Notes under the pieces: model-generated
Seen by the model: the letters and a program-made list of their open reading frames with translations, nothing else
What the model was told of the DNA's origin: nothing
Database searches by the model: none
In this document: positions 18,084 to 28,623 of the stretch, one piece after another
Position numbering within the stretch: position 1 is the stretch's first letter
Layout: the number at the start of each line of letters is the position of its first letter
Source of the DNA: a virus
DNA length: 64,000 bases
Direction: 5' to 3' (one strand)
Virus record (IMG/VR): IMGVR_UViG_3300008262_006988
Position numbers and translations under genes: made by a program

Positions 18084-21000
18084 TTATTTTGCTTTTAATA
18101 ACTCAATTTCTGCCTTGAGCTCTTTAATGCTTGAAACAAGAAGAGGAATCATCTTGATGTAGTCGAGACTTAGATAGCCGTTATCACGTTCAAGTATTGC
18201 TTCTGGCAATATTTCACGCACTTCTTGTGCTAAAAGACCGACGTCATGACCTTTTCTCGTGCAAATGCTTTCGTCTACTTCTTTCCAGTCAAAGCTATAT
18301 GCTTCTATTTTCTGAAGTTTTTCAACTGAATTACTAAGCGGTACTTTATTATCCTTTAATCTACTATCAGATACGAAATAAGCAACAACGTCACCTGTAG
18401 ATCTTAAAGTAGTTCCTGTAATAGTACCGCCGTCAATTGCACCAGTACCGGCGTTAATAGTGTTGTTATTTGTGGTGATTGTCGTTGATGTTATTGCTCC
18501 GCAACCTATAGTATCACAAGTAAGATCACCGGTACCCATGGTGATATTATTATTTTGTGTGTTAACTGTAGTACAGGTAATGGCACCCGATCCGAGAGTA
18601 CCGTTAACATGCAATAAGAAAAGCGGGTTATTAGTGCCTATACCAACGTTGCCATCCTGCCTTATTCTCATCCTCTCCGCCTGAGCTGATGTAGTTGATG
18701 TACTAGGTCTATTTGCAAAAATTATATCATAAGCGCCATTGGCTGTATTCTTTACACCAATTCTTGCACCTACATTCGTACCTGTTTCTTGGAAAGAAAT
18801 CGCTTGCTCACTAAAATTGTTATCTGATGCAAACAGCTTTAAGAAATCTGTACCACCTTGCCATGTTGTACTAACACCAGCTGATGTATTTTCAACTTGT
18901 AACCGTACGCCAGGAGCTGTTGTACCGATACCTACGTTGCCAGCTGTATCGATAGTGAGACGTGTGGTTGTCGCAACATCTGCCCAATTATTAGCTATTT
19001 TAAATTTATCACCATCACTATTATCTATACCTGTTGACCATCCCGCCACACCGTTGATATCATACGAAATAAATGGGTCACCGGCAGCTGCACCATTAGT
19101 ACGTAAAGCAATGGATGCATGCGCTGTAGCATCAGTACTGTTTGAATTTTCAAATCGACCGGATGCGGTATTATTATTAACCGGGTTACCGAAAGTAGAG
19201 CCATTTGCTACTACAGCTAATCTGCAAGCTGGTATGTCAGTACCTATGCCTGTATTACCAGCTATGTAACCACCGCCATTCTCTACACGCAATGCAAGTG
19301 TACTATTGCCGCCGAGAACTTGAAAATATTTAGAAGCACCGAGAGTGTGTATTCTGGCGTTACCAGCAAAGTTGTCAATTTGAAATGTTCCATTTGTACC
19401 AGCGCCTACGAGCTGTATTTCTCCACCTTCATTTGTACCGTCTTGTGGATCAACACGCAAATAATTAACAGCAGCTGTTCCATTTACATCGAGCGTAACA
19501 CCCGGTGCTGCAGTACCTATACCAACATTAGTACCGTCATCATACACATTAGATGTTGAAGTTAATGTGTTGGAGTCTTGCCACTTTGGAAGATAATTTA
19601 CCGTACCATTACCATCAACCATACCGCCAGCTGTACCGGACCAAGCACCAGAATTTATTGTTCTCTGTTGTACGAGACCGTTAGCATCTACTACAAGTAC
19701 AGTATCTGTCGAACCGGCAGCTATAGTTCCTATTGTAGCAGTGCCGGTAGCATTGAGATTCCTCATCGTGGTATCCATGTAAGTTGCATTACCACGATTC
19801 CAGAAATGTATCATACTAGTACCAGCATCGAGTGTACCAATCTCAATATCATTGCTGTTATCACCACCAATATAGCCTCGGGCACCACCAGTTGTTGTTG
19901 CCACTATATTACCATTAACTACTAACTTACCTGCAGTAGGTGTTGAAGTACCGATACCGACATTTGCGTTTGTACCTGGTGTAAGAACAATATGACCTGA
20001 ACCGTCTGTTATTTCATTGGTGATGGAAAAATAATTTTGTGTTGCATTTCCAAATCCTGTCCATGCTTTTCTACCTGCTGCTACACCATCGGGATACCAT
20101 CCAATATAGCTGTGGTCTGTACCGACAAGACTTAAAGTCTGTGCATTTGCAGTAAACCGACCGTCTCCTGCAACATCAAGCTTGGTGCCTGGGGTAACTA
20201 CATCTATACCAACATTGCCGTTTGTTCCGAGCATTCTGATACCTCGCGTGCTATCTGACCACGGTGCTATTACAAAATTACCTGTTTCTTTTGTACCTTC
20301 ACTAAAGATAATAGCCTTATCGCAATCTCGAACTATTGGATTCCAAGATCCTTGGGGCAAGGAGGTATGTATTTGCGTCCAACCGCAAGACCCTGTAACG
20401 TAAATTTCTGCAATGCTGTCATTCGTGTTTTCACCGTCAACGTGCAGTCTACCTTGCGGGCTAGGAGTGCCTATACCTACGTTTCCACCATTCTTTATAA
20501 TAAAAGCAGTTTCGCTATCATCATAAAATGCGGCAACGTCGGTAGCTCCTGTTTGCTTTACATAAAGAGCTACATCTGAGCCTGCGTTTATGATCTGCAT
20601 CGAACTCGTACCTGTAATAAGAGTATCAAGACGTGAATAAGTACCGAGAGCTGTAAGATTACCAACAATTGTGAGATCACCATCGATAATCATGTTATCG
20701 TTCGTGCGCAATTCATTAGCTGCTGAACGATATAAGTTAGTATCGTAATTAGCATCACCTGTACCAAACAGGATACCATTTGTAGAGCTGCTATCAGCAA
20801 TCTTTACGGTGCCACGCAGGATTGTTTGATCGGTATTTGCATCACCGAGGGTGGTGCTACCTGCAACTTTAAAGTTATCATCTGTTGTAAGTTCATTAGC
20901 TGCTGAACGATAAAGGTTAGTATCGTAGTTAGCATCACCGCTACCAAATAAAATACCGTTACCTGAGCTACTATCAGCTATTTTTGTTATACCACGTATT

Positions 21001-22121
21001 ACAGTTTGATCAGTATTAGCATCACCAAGGGTTGTATTGCCGTTAACATTTAAAGTAGAGCCAGCTACAAACGCATCATTTGTTCTCAATATATCAGCTC
21101 CACCGCGAAATAATACTGTATCAGTACCACCTGCTCCATTAGAAAACCTTATACCATTTGCTTCTGTCGTGCAATTAATTACTAAACTACCATTTACCGT
21201 AGTTGTATCAGCACAAGTATCGCCGAGAGTTGTATTACCTGCAACACTGAAATCACCAGAAATTGACATCCCGCCACCTACTTCAAACGCATCATCAGTT
21301 TTAAGAACATCAGCTGATTTACGATATAAATTTACATCATAGTTAGCATTTCCACTACCAAATAAAATTCCGTTTGTCGGACTACTATCAGCTATCTTCG
21401 TAATACCTCTTATTACAGTTTGATCGGTATTAGCATCGCCGAGGGTTGTATTACCACCTACCTCAAAACTATCATCAGTCTTGAGTGTATCAGCAGCTCC
21501 ACGATAAAGATTTGTGTCATATGTACCAGCACCGTTAGAGAATTTAATGCCGTTTGTTGAGGTTGCGCAGTTTATATTAAGTGTACCATTAATCGATGTT
21601 GTATCAGTACAATCATCACCGAGCGTAGTATTAGCTCTTACATATAAACTATCATCTGTTTGTAATGTATTTGCTGAACCGCGATAAAGATTTGTATCTC
21701 CGCCCATTATTATACCATCCACAGCATTAACAGCATTAGGCATCTTAATAGGACCTGCATTTATGGTAATATCATCATTTGCATCAGTGCCGAGAACTGT
21801 ATTACCGAGAGAAGAAAGATTCTGAACAATAGTAGCAGTATCGCCTACATAGAGATCATTATCGAGTATAGCGCTATCGGTAGCACTCAAGCTGCCGTTA
21901 ATAGATACAGGGTAATTAGGATTACTTGTTCTGACACCTAACCTATCACCCACATAAACATTATCCTGTGCACTAAGGCTACCTGTTAAAAAGAAATCAC
22001 CTTGGAATGGCTCATCAGGTGATGCTATCGGGTCAATAGCAGAATCAGGATAACCTGTGGTAGGTAACGTGTGGTGATTTTTTCTATGTAGTTTATTGTG
22101 AAATCTTGCGTTGTCAGCCAT
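18084..22121 (-). CDS. Tail fibre protein with C-terminal intramolecular chaperone (peptidase S74-like)
   Basis: GNVGIGT repeats, DTNLYR..A..L.TDD repeats, SDSRLK...GLLAQEV...LDYIKMIPLLVSSIKEL. Confidence 0.88.
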   Translation of the reverse strand: MADNARFHNKLHRKNHHTLPTTGYPDSAIDPIASPDEPFQGDFFLTGSLSAQDNVYVGDRLGVRTSNPNYPVSINGSLSATDSAILDNDLYVGDTATIVQNLSSLGNTVLGTDANDDITINAGPIKMPNAVNAVDGIIMGGDTNLYRGSANTLQTDDSLYVRANTTLGDDCTDTTSINGTLNINCATSTNGIKFSNGAGTYDTNLYRGAADTLKTDDSFEVGGNTTLGDANTDQTVIRGITKIADSSPTNGILFGSGNANYDVNLYRKSADVLKTDDAFEVGGGMSISGDFSVAGNTTLGDTCADTTTVNGSLVINCTTEANGIRFSNGAGGTDTVLFRGGADILRTNDAFVAGSTLNVNGNTTLGDANTDQTVIRGITKIADSSSGNGILFGSGDANYDTNLYRSAANELTTDDNFKVAGSTTLGDANTDQTILRGTVKIADSSSTNGILFGTGDANYDTNLYRSAANELRTNDNMIIDGDLTIVGNLTALGTYSRLDTLITGTSSMQIINAGSDVALYVKQTGATDVAAFYDDSETAFIIKNGGNVGIGTPSPQGRLHVDGENTNDSIAEIYVTGSCGWTQIHTSLPQGSWNPIVRDCDKAIIFSEGTKETGNFVIAPWSDSTRGIRMLGTNGNVGIDVVTPGTKLDVAGDGRFTANAQTLSLVGTDHSYIGWYPDGVAAGRKAWTGFGNATQNYFSITNEITDGSGHIVLTPGTNANVGIGTSTPTAGKLVVNGNIVATTTGGARGYIGGDNSNDIEIGTLDAGTSMIHFWNRGNATYMDTTMRNLNATGTATIGTIAAGSTDTVLVVDANGLVQQRTINSGAWSGTAGGMVDGNGTVNYLPKWQDSNTLTSTSNVYDDGTNVGIGTAAPGVTLDVNGTAAVNYLRVDPQDGTNEGGEIQLVGAGTNGTFQIDNFAGNARIHTLGASKYFQVLGGNSTLALRVENGGGYIAGNTGIGTDIPACRLAVVANGSTFGNPVNNNTASGRFENSNSTDATAHASIALRTNGAAAGDPFISYDINGVAGWSTGIDNSDGDKFKIANNWADVATTTRLTIDTAGNVGIGTTAPGVRLQVENTSAGVSTTWQGGTDFLKLFASDNNFSEQAISFQETGTNVGARIGVKNTANGAYDIIFANRPSTSTTSAQAERMRIRQDGNVGIGTNNPLFLLHVNGTLGSGAITCTTVNTQNNNITMGTGDLTCDTIGCGAITSTTITTNNNTINAGTGAIDGGTITGTTLRSTGDVVAYFVSDSRLKDNKVPLSNSVEKLQKIEAYSFDWKEVDESICTRKGHDVGLLAQEVREILPEAILERDNGYLSLDYIKMIPLLVSSIKELKAEIELLKAK

Positions 22122-22209
22122 ATACAGTAATATTTAGGTATCTGGTAAATACTTATTCGTATCGTCGTTTTTTAAGAGGAAGTACTAATAATTTGTAAAT
22201 AATGATGTA

Positions 22210-23334
22210 ATGGAACAGAACGACTTAAAGCTTACAACAGAAGAGTTACAAAAATACCATACAATTTTTGGGTTTGATACAACTAATAAAGTCGCAGCAC
22301 GGGCTGTTGATATAATTTATTGGTTTATTATTTTTGTTGCATACTGTTTTGCTTTTCATGCACTTGATACTATCCTTATCTCGTGGAATTGGTTACTTGT
22401 AGGTCTTGCTAGCTTTGCTGTTGTAGGCCTACCCTATTGTGTAAAGATTATTCTTTTTGGTAGAAAAGAGTTTCCTCTAAAAGCAGCTATATTATGTGCT
22501 TTTTTGAGTCTTTTACCTACTATTTTTGATTTTGCGGGGTTTTATTCAGAGACAGGTCTTCAAGACAGCTTAAACGTTAGTAAAAAGACAGTAGTTGAGT
22601 CATTAGGGTATTTTGAAGCAGAAAGTAAAAAATCCGCTCAAAAAGAGAAAACACAAATAACTGAACTTGAACGTACAAAAATTAAAAATACAGAAGTAGA
22701 ATTAAATAAGTCAATTTTAACGGTTGAGAAACAAATTGATGAAGCGAATCAAAAAATTATCGATGAAAAGACAGGTGTACGTTCTAAATTAACTTCAGGT
22801 AAACCCGGGGAAGGACCGAGAACAAAAGAGCTTGAAGCAGATGTAAGAAAATTACAAGCTCAAAGTGAGTTAGAGACCAAGGTACAGAAAGAAAACACCG
22901 AGAAAGCAATAGAAGTAATAAGACAGGATACAGCTTCAAAAATTGAAAATATCGATGCTTCAGTAAAACTATTGGATGAAAAAATAATAGAGGCGAAAAA
23001 AACCGTTAATAATGCAAAATCATTTACTGAGCTTGAAACTGCTGTCATTGATGCAAATAGCTTGATGTCCTCGATAGCATCAAACCTCAATATTAAATTC
23101 ACTCCTGTAGAGATTGTCGGCTCATCAAATATATTAAGATTATCCTTTGAGTCGCTGTTGCGCTTTGAAGTAACTGCTGTGGTTTGTTTATTGCTTGCTC
23201 TGTTAATGGAAGTGGTTGATATAGTAATTGTTTTTGTTATACGTTACGAAAAGCCAAGAGTTACACCGAAGATTATAACAAAAAGCAATAACTACAAAGA
23301 GAAAATATTTTCAAAGACGTACGAAGGTTATTGA
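22210..23334 (+). CDS. Multi-pass membrane coiled-coil protein (DUF4407-like architecture)
   Basis: About three N-terminal TMs, long coiled coil with GKPGEGPR, C-terminal TM; TAAATA 8 nt upstream. Confidence 0.65.
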   Translation: MEQNDLKLTTEELQKYHTIFGFDTTNKVAARAVDIIYWFIIFVAYCFAFHALDTILISWNWLLVGLASFAVVGLPYCVKIILFGRKEFPLKAAILCAFLSLLPTIFDFAGFYSETGLQDSLNVSKKTVVESLGYFEAESKKSAQKEKTQITELERTKIKNTEVELNKSILTVEKQIDEANQKIIDEKTGVRSKLTSGKPGEGPRTKELEADVRKLQAQSELETKVQKENTEKAIEVIRQDTASKIENIDASVKLLDEKIIEAKKTVNNAKSFTELETAVIDANSLMSSIASNLNIKFTPVEIVGSSNILRLSFESLLRFEVTAVVCLLLALLMEVVDIVIVFVIRYEKPRVTPKIITKSNNYKEKIFSKTYEGY

Positions 23335-23888
23335 TTGTACTTTTTTGAAAATTTCTTTGCACCACAAATGCAAAATTCTGAGTACATACAGCTATCGCAT
23401 ACACGACCGCTGTTAAGATATATATCTGGTCTCAGACAACACCCTTTAGTCAAATCTTCAACATATGCTCTTCGTGAACTATATGTAGGTGGTGGTTTAG
23501 GTATGTATTGAAAGTTGGTGAGGGTTTGTATTGTCTCTTCTTTTTTTGTTTTCTTGAGAAGCTTTAGCCGAGCAAGTACATCATAGTTTATTGAAAATGC
23601 TGTCTTACCCTTTGGAAGGAGTTTTTGTTGTACAGCTTCAGGCTTCATTCGTTGCTTGAGTAATTTCTTTGCCTCACGGTCTATATAATGTTTTTTGAAA
23701 GCTTCAAGCGAGCCGTACTTATTAATACCTTTTTGTATCGCATTCTTTGATACACGTTTCTCAATACCTGATACGATACAGGATAAGATTGTACTCTTTA
23801 CTTTTTCGGTAGATTGTGTTTTTTTCTTAATCACGGCTTTCAGTATGTTATAATTTGTACTTATATTTTCAAGGATTAATAATAACAC
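23328..23888 (-). CDS. Basic protein with C-terminal Cys cluster (start uncertain)
   Basis: CIVSG...CCLRPDIYL..CDSC..FCIC. Confidence 0.6.
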   Translation of the reverse strand: MLLLILENISTNYNILKAVIKKKTQSTEKVKSTILSCIVSGIEKRVSKNAIQKGINKYGSLEAFKKHYIDREAKKLLKQRMKPEAVQQKLLPKGKTAFSINYDVLARLKLLKKTKKEETIQTLTNFQYIPKPPPTYSSRRAYVEDLTKGCCLRPDIYLNSGRVCDSCMYSEFCICGAKKFSKKYNQ

Positions 23889-23924
23889 GTTGCAATGTTT
23901 TTGTTTTATTTTATATTATTGTAC

Positions 23925-24104
23925 ATGTCCACGCTATCACCTAAGAACATAGAAAAACTAATTAAAAAAGGTAGGCTTGTTCCTTTAATTAAAGAAGAAA
24001 ATGATAAATTTTATCTTATTGGTTATACACGTAAAAGCACAAGCCGTAAAAATGATAAATTAATGCTCCCTGAACCAGAATTACTTCAGACACCAAAGAT
24101 ATGA
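23925..24104 (+). CDS. Hypothetical protein
   Basis: Start MSTLSPK 7 nt after TTGCAA-N16-TATATT. Confidence 0.55.
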   Translation: MSTLSPKNIEKLIKKGRLVPLIKEENDKFYLIGYTRKSTSRKNDKLMLPEPELLQTPKI

Positions 24105-24247
24105 GCGCTGGAAAAGGTGATAAACCCAGACCTGTTGACAAGAAGCAGTTTGACAAAAACTTTGAGTGTATAAATTGGCAGGTTAAAGAGCTTGCAGATA
24201 GTATAAAAAAAGTCAAAGGTGGAAAGGTAAGCTTTGTTTATAAGTAA
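24101..24247 (+). CDS. Small phage protein (GKGDKPRP motif)
   Basis: Manual translation MSAGKGDKPRPVDKKQFDKNFECINW...VYK*; ATGA overlap with previous gene. Confidence 0.6.
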   Translation: MSAGKGDKPRPVDKKQFDKNFECINWQVKELADSIKKVKGGKVSFVYK

Positions 24248-24254
24248 AAATTAC

Positions 24255-24342
24255 GCCCACGTGACCAGAATTGGCTATTGGCCCCGATTTGTAATCGGGT
24301 ATGGAGTAAAATCCTTTGTCGGTTCGATCCCGACCGTGGGCT
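24255..24342 (+). tRNA. tRNA-Thr(UGU) with long variable arm
   Basis: GCCCACG/CGTGGGC, U73, CCCGA-TTTGTAA-TCGGG, 18-nt variable region, GTCGG-TTCGATC-CCGAC. Confidence 0.8.
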
Positions 24343-24357
24343 CATTATTGTAATAAT

Positions 24358-25436
24358 ATGAAGACGAGAGTAGCAATAATCGGGTGTGGTAAGCTTGGTG
24401 GTCCGTGTGGTGAAGTTATGAATACGGTTTACGATGTTGTGGGTTACGATATAGCAACAACAGAACAAACTTTTAAAGTAGTAGATAGCATTAAGGAAGC
24501 AGTAAAAGACCGTGATTTTATTTTTATTGCTGTACCGACTCCGCATGATAAACAATATGGCGGTGAAGCACCGACCGTAGAGAGATATCACCCTTACTAA
24601 CAAACACCACGCTCATATATAACCCCTACCTTATTGCAATGGGTACAGTCAAAAAGGATATGGTTAATCCAGAGTGTTTGATAATTGGCACAGATACAGG
24701 TGAGAAGACACGTGAAGCAAAAAAACTTATTTCATTTTACAGAAAAATAATAAACAATACTGCTCCTATTAATCTCGGTACATGGGAAGAAGCAGAGTCA
24801 ATTAAAATCTTTTATAATACATTTATTTCTTTGAAAATATCTTTCGTGAATATGATACAGGATGTTGCAGAGTATGTAGGTAATATGAATGTTGATGTAG
24901 TAACTGATGCATTAAAAAGTGCAACGCAGCGTATTGTAAGTACGAGATACTTGACAGCAGGGATGGGCGATGGTGGTGCATGTCATCCACGTGACAATAT
25001 TGCTCTTAGGTTTCTTTCACAAAAAGCAAATCTTGGATACAACGTATTTCAAGATATTACTAAATACCGCGATATGCAAGCAAAAAATCTTGCCAAATAT
25101 ATAAAGAAAGTTGCTGATAGTAAACAATTACCTGTGCTCATACACGGCGTCTCTTACAAGCCAAATGTACATTATACAAATGGAAGCTATAGCTTATTAA
25201 TCATTTCTTATTTAAAGCAATTTGGTGTAAATGTATCTATAGTCGATAAAAGTATATCTGAATATAGTGATTATGTTACACAAGATAAGGTTATAATATT
25301 TCTATCACATCCGATTAAAACAGAAAAGGACTTATCGTGTACACTACCGAGCGGGTCTATTATTATCGACCCATGGCGAAGCTTTAATAGTTACAAATAC
25401 GAAGTCATACAATATGGTAACACAAGAAAAAGGTAA
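24358..25436 (+). pseudogene. UDP-glucose/GDP-mannose dehydrogenase, split by frameshift and probable internal deletion
   Basis: N-part GCGKLG...FIAVPTPH; homologous frame resumes at 24576 RREISPLL..YNPYLIAMG; C-part KIFYN, GDGGACHPRD. Confidence 0.8.
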
Positions 25437-26808
25437 AAAGCCTGCAGTTACTATTGTACACGATGATATAATTCATAGTTACGATCTGAATAAATTTTAC
25501 TCGCCTGTTACATCTGATAATAAAAATTATGCGTTTTATTACGCTGATGCTTTTTCAGATATACTCGATGTTGCAGTTGTCGATGTAAAGGGTGTATCAA
25601 CAGCTAATAAATTTATTGTATTTGTAAAGCTAGACATGGTACATTTTGAATATTGCATTAACAATCCGCAGTATAATAACGACGATGATATTAATAACCT
25701 TGTCTCTTTTTTACGTTATATTACAGCACACATTAATAATGGTAAATGTATGTTATTTTTTGATACATGTACATGGCCTACTATACCATCACTGCATAAA
25801 GCCGGTATAACGAGACTTTATATGCTTCTAAAGATCGCAGGCATTACCTGTTTTAAAAATATTACTCTTATTACCAGCGCTCATAAGAACAGCGAGAACA
25901 CATATAAATGTCTTTTTAAAGTTGTATTTTTTGAGTTTTTTGAAAATGCATTAAAAATTAGAAATGATAAAACTATTAATTTACATAGAAAATTTCAAAA
26001 TTTTACAGCAGTCGGTAAAAGATATCGTTTTTTGTACCTTAACCATAAAGAAAAGGTACATAGGCTATATCTTTTTATAAAAATTTTTTTATCAGTAGAC
26101 AATTTTTATAATTTTTTTGCTGCAAGCATGTCACCTGGCAGACCATTGTTTAGTAAGGTTAAAGATAGGGTTGGTAATTTTGAGGCATTTAAAAATGGTA
26201 TTATTGATTTTTACGATAAGCAAATTCCTACTTGGTTTTATAAATCAACACAGAAGGAATTTGTAGAGAGTTTTAGCGAGTTAACAGATAGACCTAATGG
26301 TAGTATTATGACAGAAATAGCTCCTTGGGCTACTGGCGATAACTGGAAGTCACCCAAAATACAATGGACACTCGACGCTGATCTCTGGGAAAAAATTGGT
26401 ATCTACATAGGGGTTGAGACAAATTATGCATATAGTAAGAAACATGCAAAAGACGGCGATGATTATCTCTCTCTTACTGAAAAAACCTTTAAACCGATAA
26501 TGATGAAGACACCTTTCATATTATTTGGACAGCCTTTTATTCTTAAAAAATTAAAAGAATACGGTTATATGACTTTTAATAATTGTTGGGATGAGAGTTA
26601 TGATGAAGAAATAAGTCATGTAAAACGAGCAAATAAAATAGCTGATGTTATCACAAGACTCACTAAATTAAGTGACAGAGAATTTGCAGATCTACTTCAA
26701 CGTGCAAAAGATATCGTTGAGCATAACTATAATGTATTTTATAAAAGAGCACCAGAGAATGAAATATGTGACACTATAATCAAATTTTATGAAGAAGAGA
26801 ACAATTAA
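25414..26808 (+). CDS. Putative glycosyltransferase-like protein (paralog 1)
   Basis: FLYLNHK..HR, ET, LTEKTFKPI..PFILFGQ..GYMTF..DESYD. Confidence 0.6.
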   Translation: MVTQEKGKKPAVTIVHDDIIHSYDLNKFYSPVTSDNKNYAFYYADAFSDILDVAVVDVKGVSTANKFIVFVKLDMVHFEYCINNPQYNNDDDINNLVSFLRYITAHINNGKCMLFFDTCTWPTIPSLHKAGITRLYMLLKIAGITCFKNITLITSAHKNSENTYKCLFKVVFFEFFENALKIRNDKTINLHRKFQNFTAVGKRYRFLYLNHKEKVHRLYLFIKIFLSVDNFYNFFAASMSPGRPLFSKVKDRVGNFEAFKNGIIDFYDKQIPTWFYKSTQKEFVESFSELTDRPNGSIMTEIAPWATGDNWKSPKIQWTLDADLWEKIGIYIGVETNYAYSKKHAKDGDDYLSLTEKTFKPIMMKTPFILFGQPFILKKLKEYGYMTFNNCWDESYDEEISHVKRANKIADVITRLTKLSDREFADLLQRAKDIVEHNYNVFYKRAPENEICDTIIKFYEEENN

Positions 26809-28204
26809 TTTTGTATCTGAAAGAGTGATACCTGGTATGCAAGATGCACTCCATAGAGAGTGTATTCACTATGCACATGTATTCAGAGAGACAATAAAAG
26901 ACAAATTCGATGTAAATGTTGTTAATGTAAATAATATAGTAGATTCACAGAAATACATAGGGTTTGTAACACCAAAGATGAAGGTGTTTGATAATAATGT
27001 ACCACCAGCTAAGGATCGTCATATATTAAATGCCAATGCTGCTATGAAGCAAGGCAGTTTTTATAAAAAGGTATCAAACCATGTTAATAATAATAAAATG
27101 TTGCTCATTGTTGATGCTACTGATTGGCCGTTCTCTGTGCGTGTCGAGCGTAAAGTAGTAAATAGAATCTATCTCTTCTTGAGACAGTGTGGCATATCTA
27201 ATTTTAAGAACGTTATCTTATTAACTGGTACACAGGAAGCATGTAAAGAGAAGCATGTATTTGGTAAGATTGTACATATAGAAATACATGAATGTGCACT
27301 GAAGGTATATAACAATGATATTTGTAATCTCGATAGAAAATTTAAAAATTTCCTAACAAATAATGAAACACATAGATTTTTATATCTTAATCATAAGGAA
27401 AGACCACATCGACTGTATCTTTATGTAAAGTTTTTTACTGAGATAAAAAATATGTATAAACATTTTGCGATAAGTATGTGCCCTGAAAGAAACGTTTTTG
27501 GTGGTGAGCAGGCGCATTATACTGATGAAGATAAAAAAGTATACCTATACCATAAAGTATCTCTTAGAAATTTTAATTTTACATGCTTTAGAGAAATCAT
27601 TTCGCGTTTTTATAATAATGGTACGGTTCCAGATTGGTTTTTCAATTCATCAATGGGAGAGTTTGTAGATCATCTCAGCACACTTACAAAAACGCCAGGG
27701 GGAAGCAATGTGACGAAACTTGGTAATTGGGTGAGTAAAAATTGGTCAAGAGGTGCGACGTATTTTAAATGTAGCAGATTTACCAGTGAGCATGCAGGTA
27801 TCTATGTAGCACCGGAAACGAATTTCTTTTACAGTAGAGAGCATGCTCTCCGTGGTAATGATTACCTCGCAATAACCGAAAAAACGTACAAGCCTATAGC
27901 AATGAAAATGCCTTTTATAATGTACGGGCAGCCTTTTATTCTCAGACGCTTGAGAGAGTATGGATATAGGACGTTTAGTGATTTTTGGGATGAGAGTTAT
28001 GATGAAGAAATTGACCCTGCAAAACGAGCAGATAAAATTGTAAGTGCTGTTAAGAAATTAAATGAATTATCTGATAGTGAGTTTATGAATTTACTTTTAC
28101 AAACGAGAGATACAGTAGAGCATAACTATCGTAATCTCAGGGAAAGAAAATCTGAAAAAGAAATGTGTGATATGATTTCCGATTTTTATGAAAAAATTAA
28201 CTAG
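26789..28204 (+). CDS. Putative glycosyltransferase-like protein (paralog 2)
   Basis: Same motif set: FLYLNHK..HR, ITEKTYKPI..PFIMYGQ..GYRTF..DESYD. Confidence 0.6.
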   Translation: MKKRTINFVSERVIPGMQDALHRECIHYAHVFRETIKDKFDVNVVNVNNIVDSQKYIGFVTPKMKVFDNNVPPAKDRHILNANAAMKQGSFYKKVSNHVNNNKMLLIVDATDWPFSVRVERKVVNRIYLFLRQCGISNFKNVILLTGTQEACKEKHVFGKIVHIEIHECALKVYNNDICNLDRKFKNFLTNNETHRFLYLNHKERPHRLYLYVKFFTEIKNMYKHFAISMCPERNVFGGEQAHYTDEDKKVYLYHKVSLRNFNFTCFREIISRFYNNGTVPDWFFNSSMGEFVDHLSTLTKTPGGSNVTKLGNWVSKNWSRGATYFKCSRFTSEHAGIYVAPETNFFYSREHALRGNDYLAITEKTYKPIAMKMPFIMYGQPFILRRLREYGYRTFSDFWDESYDEEIDPAKRADKIVSAVKKLNELSDSEFMNLLLQTRDTVEHNYRNLRERKSEKEMCDMISDFYEKIN

Positions 28205-28237
28205 CACTCTTGTGATGTATATATAATATAGAAGCAA

Positions 28238-28312
28238 GGGAGATTAGCTCAGCGATAGAGCGCTTCGCTTACACCGAAGATGTCACAGGTTTGAATCCTG
28301 TATCTCCCACCA
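28238..28312 (+). tRNA. tRNA-Val(UAC)
   Basis: GGGAGAT...CTTCG-CTTACAC-CGAAG...ATCTCCCACCA. Confidence 0.88.
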
Positions 28313-28314
28313 TC

Positions 28315-28386
28315 GGGGGTGTGGTGCTAATGGTAACACATGGCCTTTGCAAGGCTGAGTTAAGGGTTCGATTCCCTTCACCTCCA
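28315..28386 (+). tRNA. tRNA-Ala(UGC)
   Basis: G3:U70, TGGCC-TTTGCAA-GGCTG, T-loop TTCGATT. Confidence 0.9.
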
Positions 28387-28396
28387 TTTTCTACAT

Positions 28397-28564
28397 ATGA
28401 GAACTGCTATTTACAAATTTTTAATACTATTTTTTTACTTTATTGGAGACTTTTTCTCTAAATTACCCTTTGAGTTTGCATTCGTTATTTATCAAAAATG
28501 CATGAATCTGTCTGTGAAATACGATGATAAACTCGGTTCTTTTTGGTGGTGGAAAAAACCATAA
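28397..28564 (+). CDS. Small hypothetical protein
   Basis: Manual translation, 55 aa MRTAIYKFLILFFYFIGD...FWWWKKP. Confidence 0.5.
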   Translation: MRTAIYKFLILFFYFIGDFFSKLPFEFAFVIYQKCMNLSVKYDDKLGSFWWWKKP

Positions 28565-28623
28565 CTTTTTCTTTTTTACAGTGTGTTTCCTTTCAAATTT
28601 CCATTAAATTATATTAGCAAATT

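Noticed and set aside
18460-21342. Antisense ORFs within fibre genes (also 33409-36792 and 44700-45290)
   Set aside because: Shadow frames caused by biased codon usage in repetitive genes.
24255-24342. Reading this tRNA as Tyr(GUA) because of the long arm
   Set aside because: The 5-bp stem and 7-nt loop place UGU at 34-36, the acceptor is Thr-like, and a canonical tRNA-Tyr exists at 13687.
24560-24640. Programmed -1 frameshift in the dehydrogenase
   Set aside because: No slippery heptamer, and a conserved segment is missing, so slippage would not restore a full enzyme.
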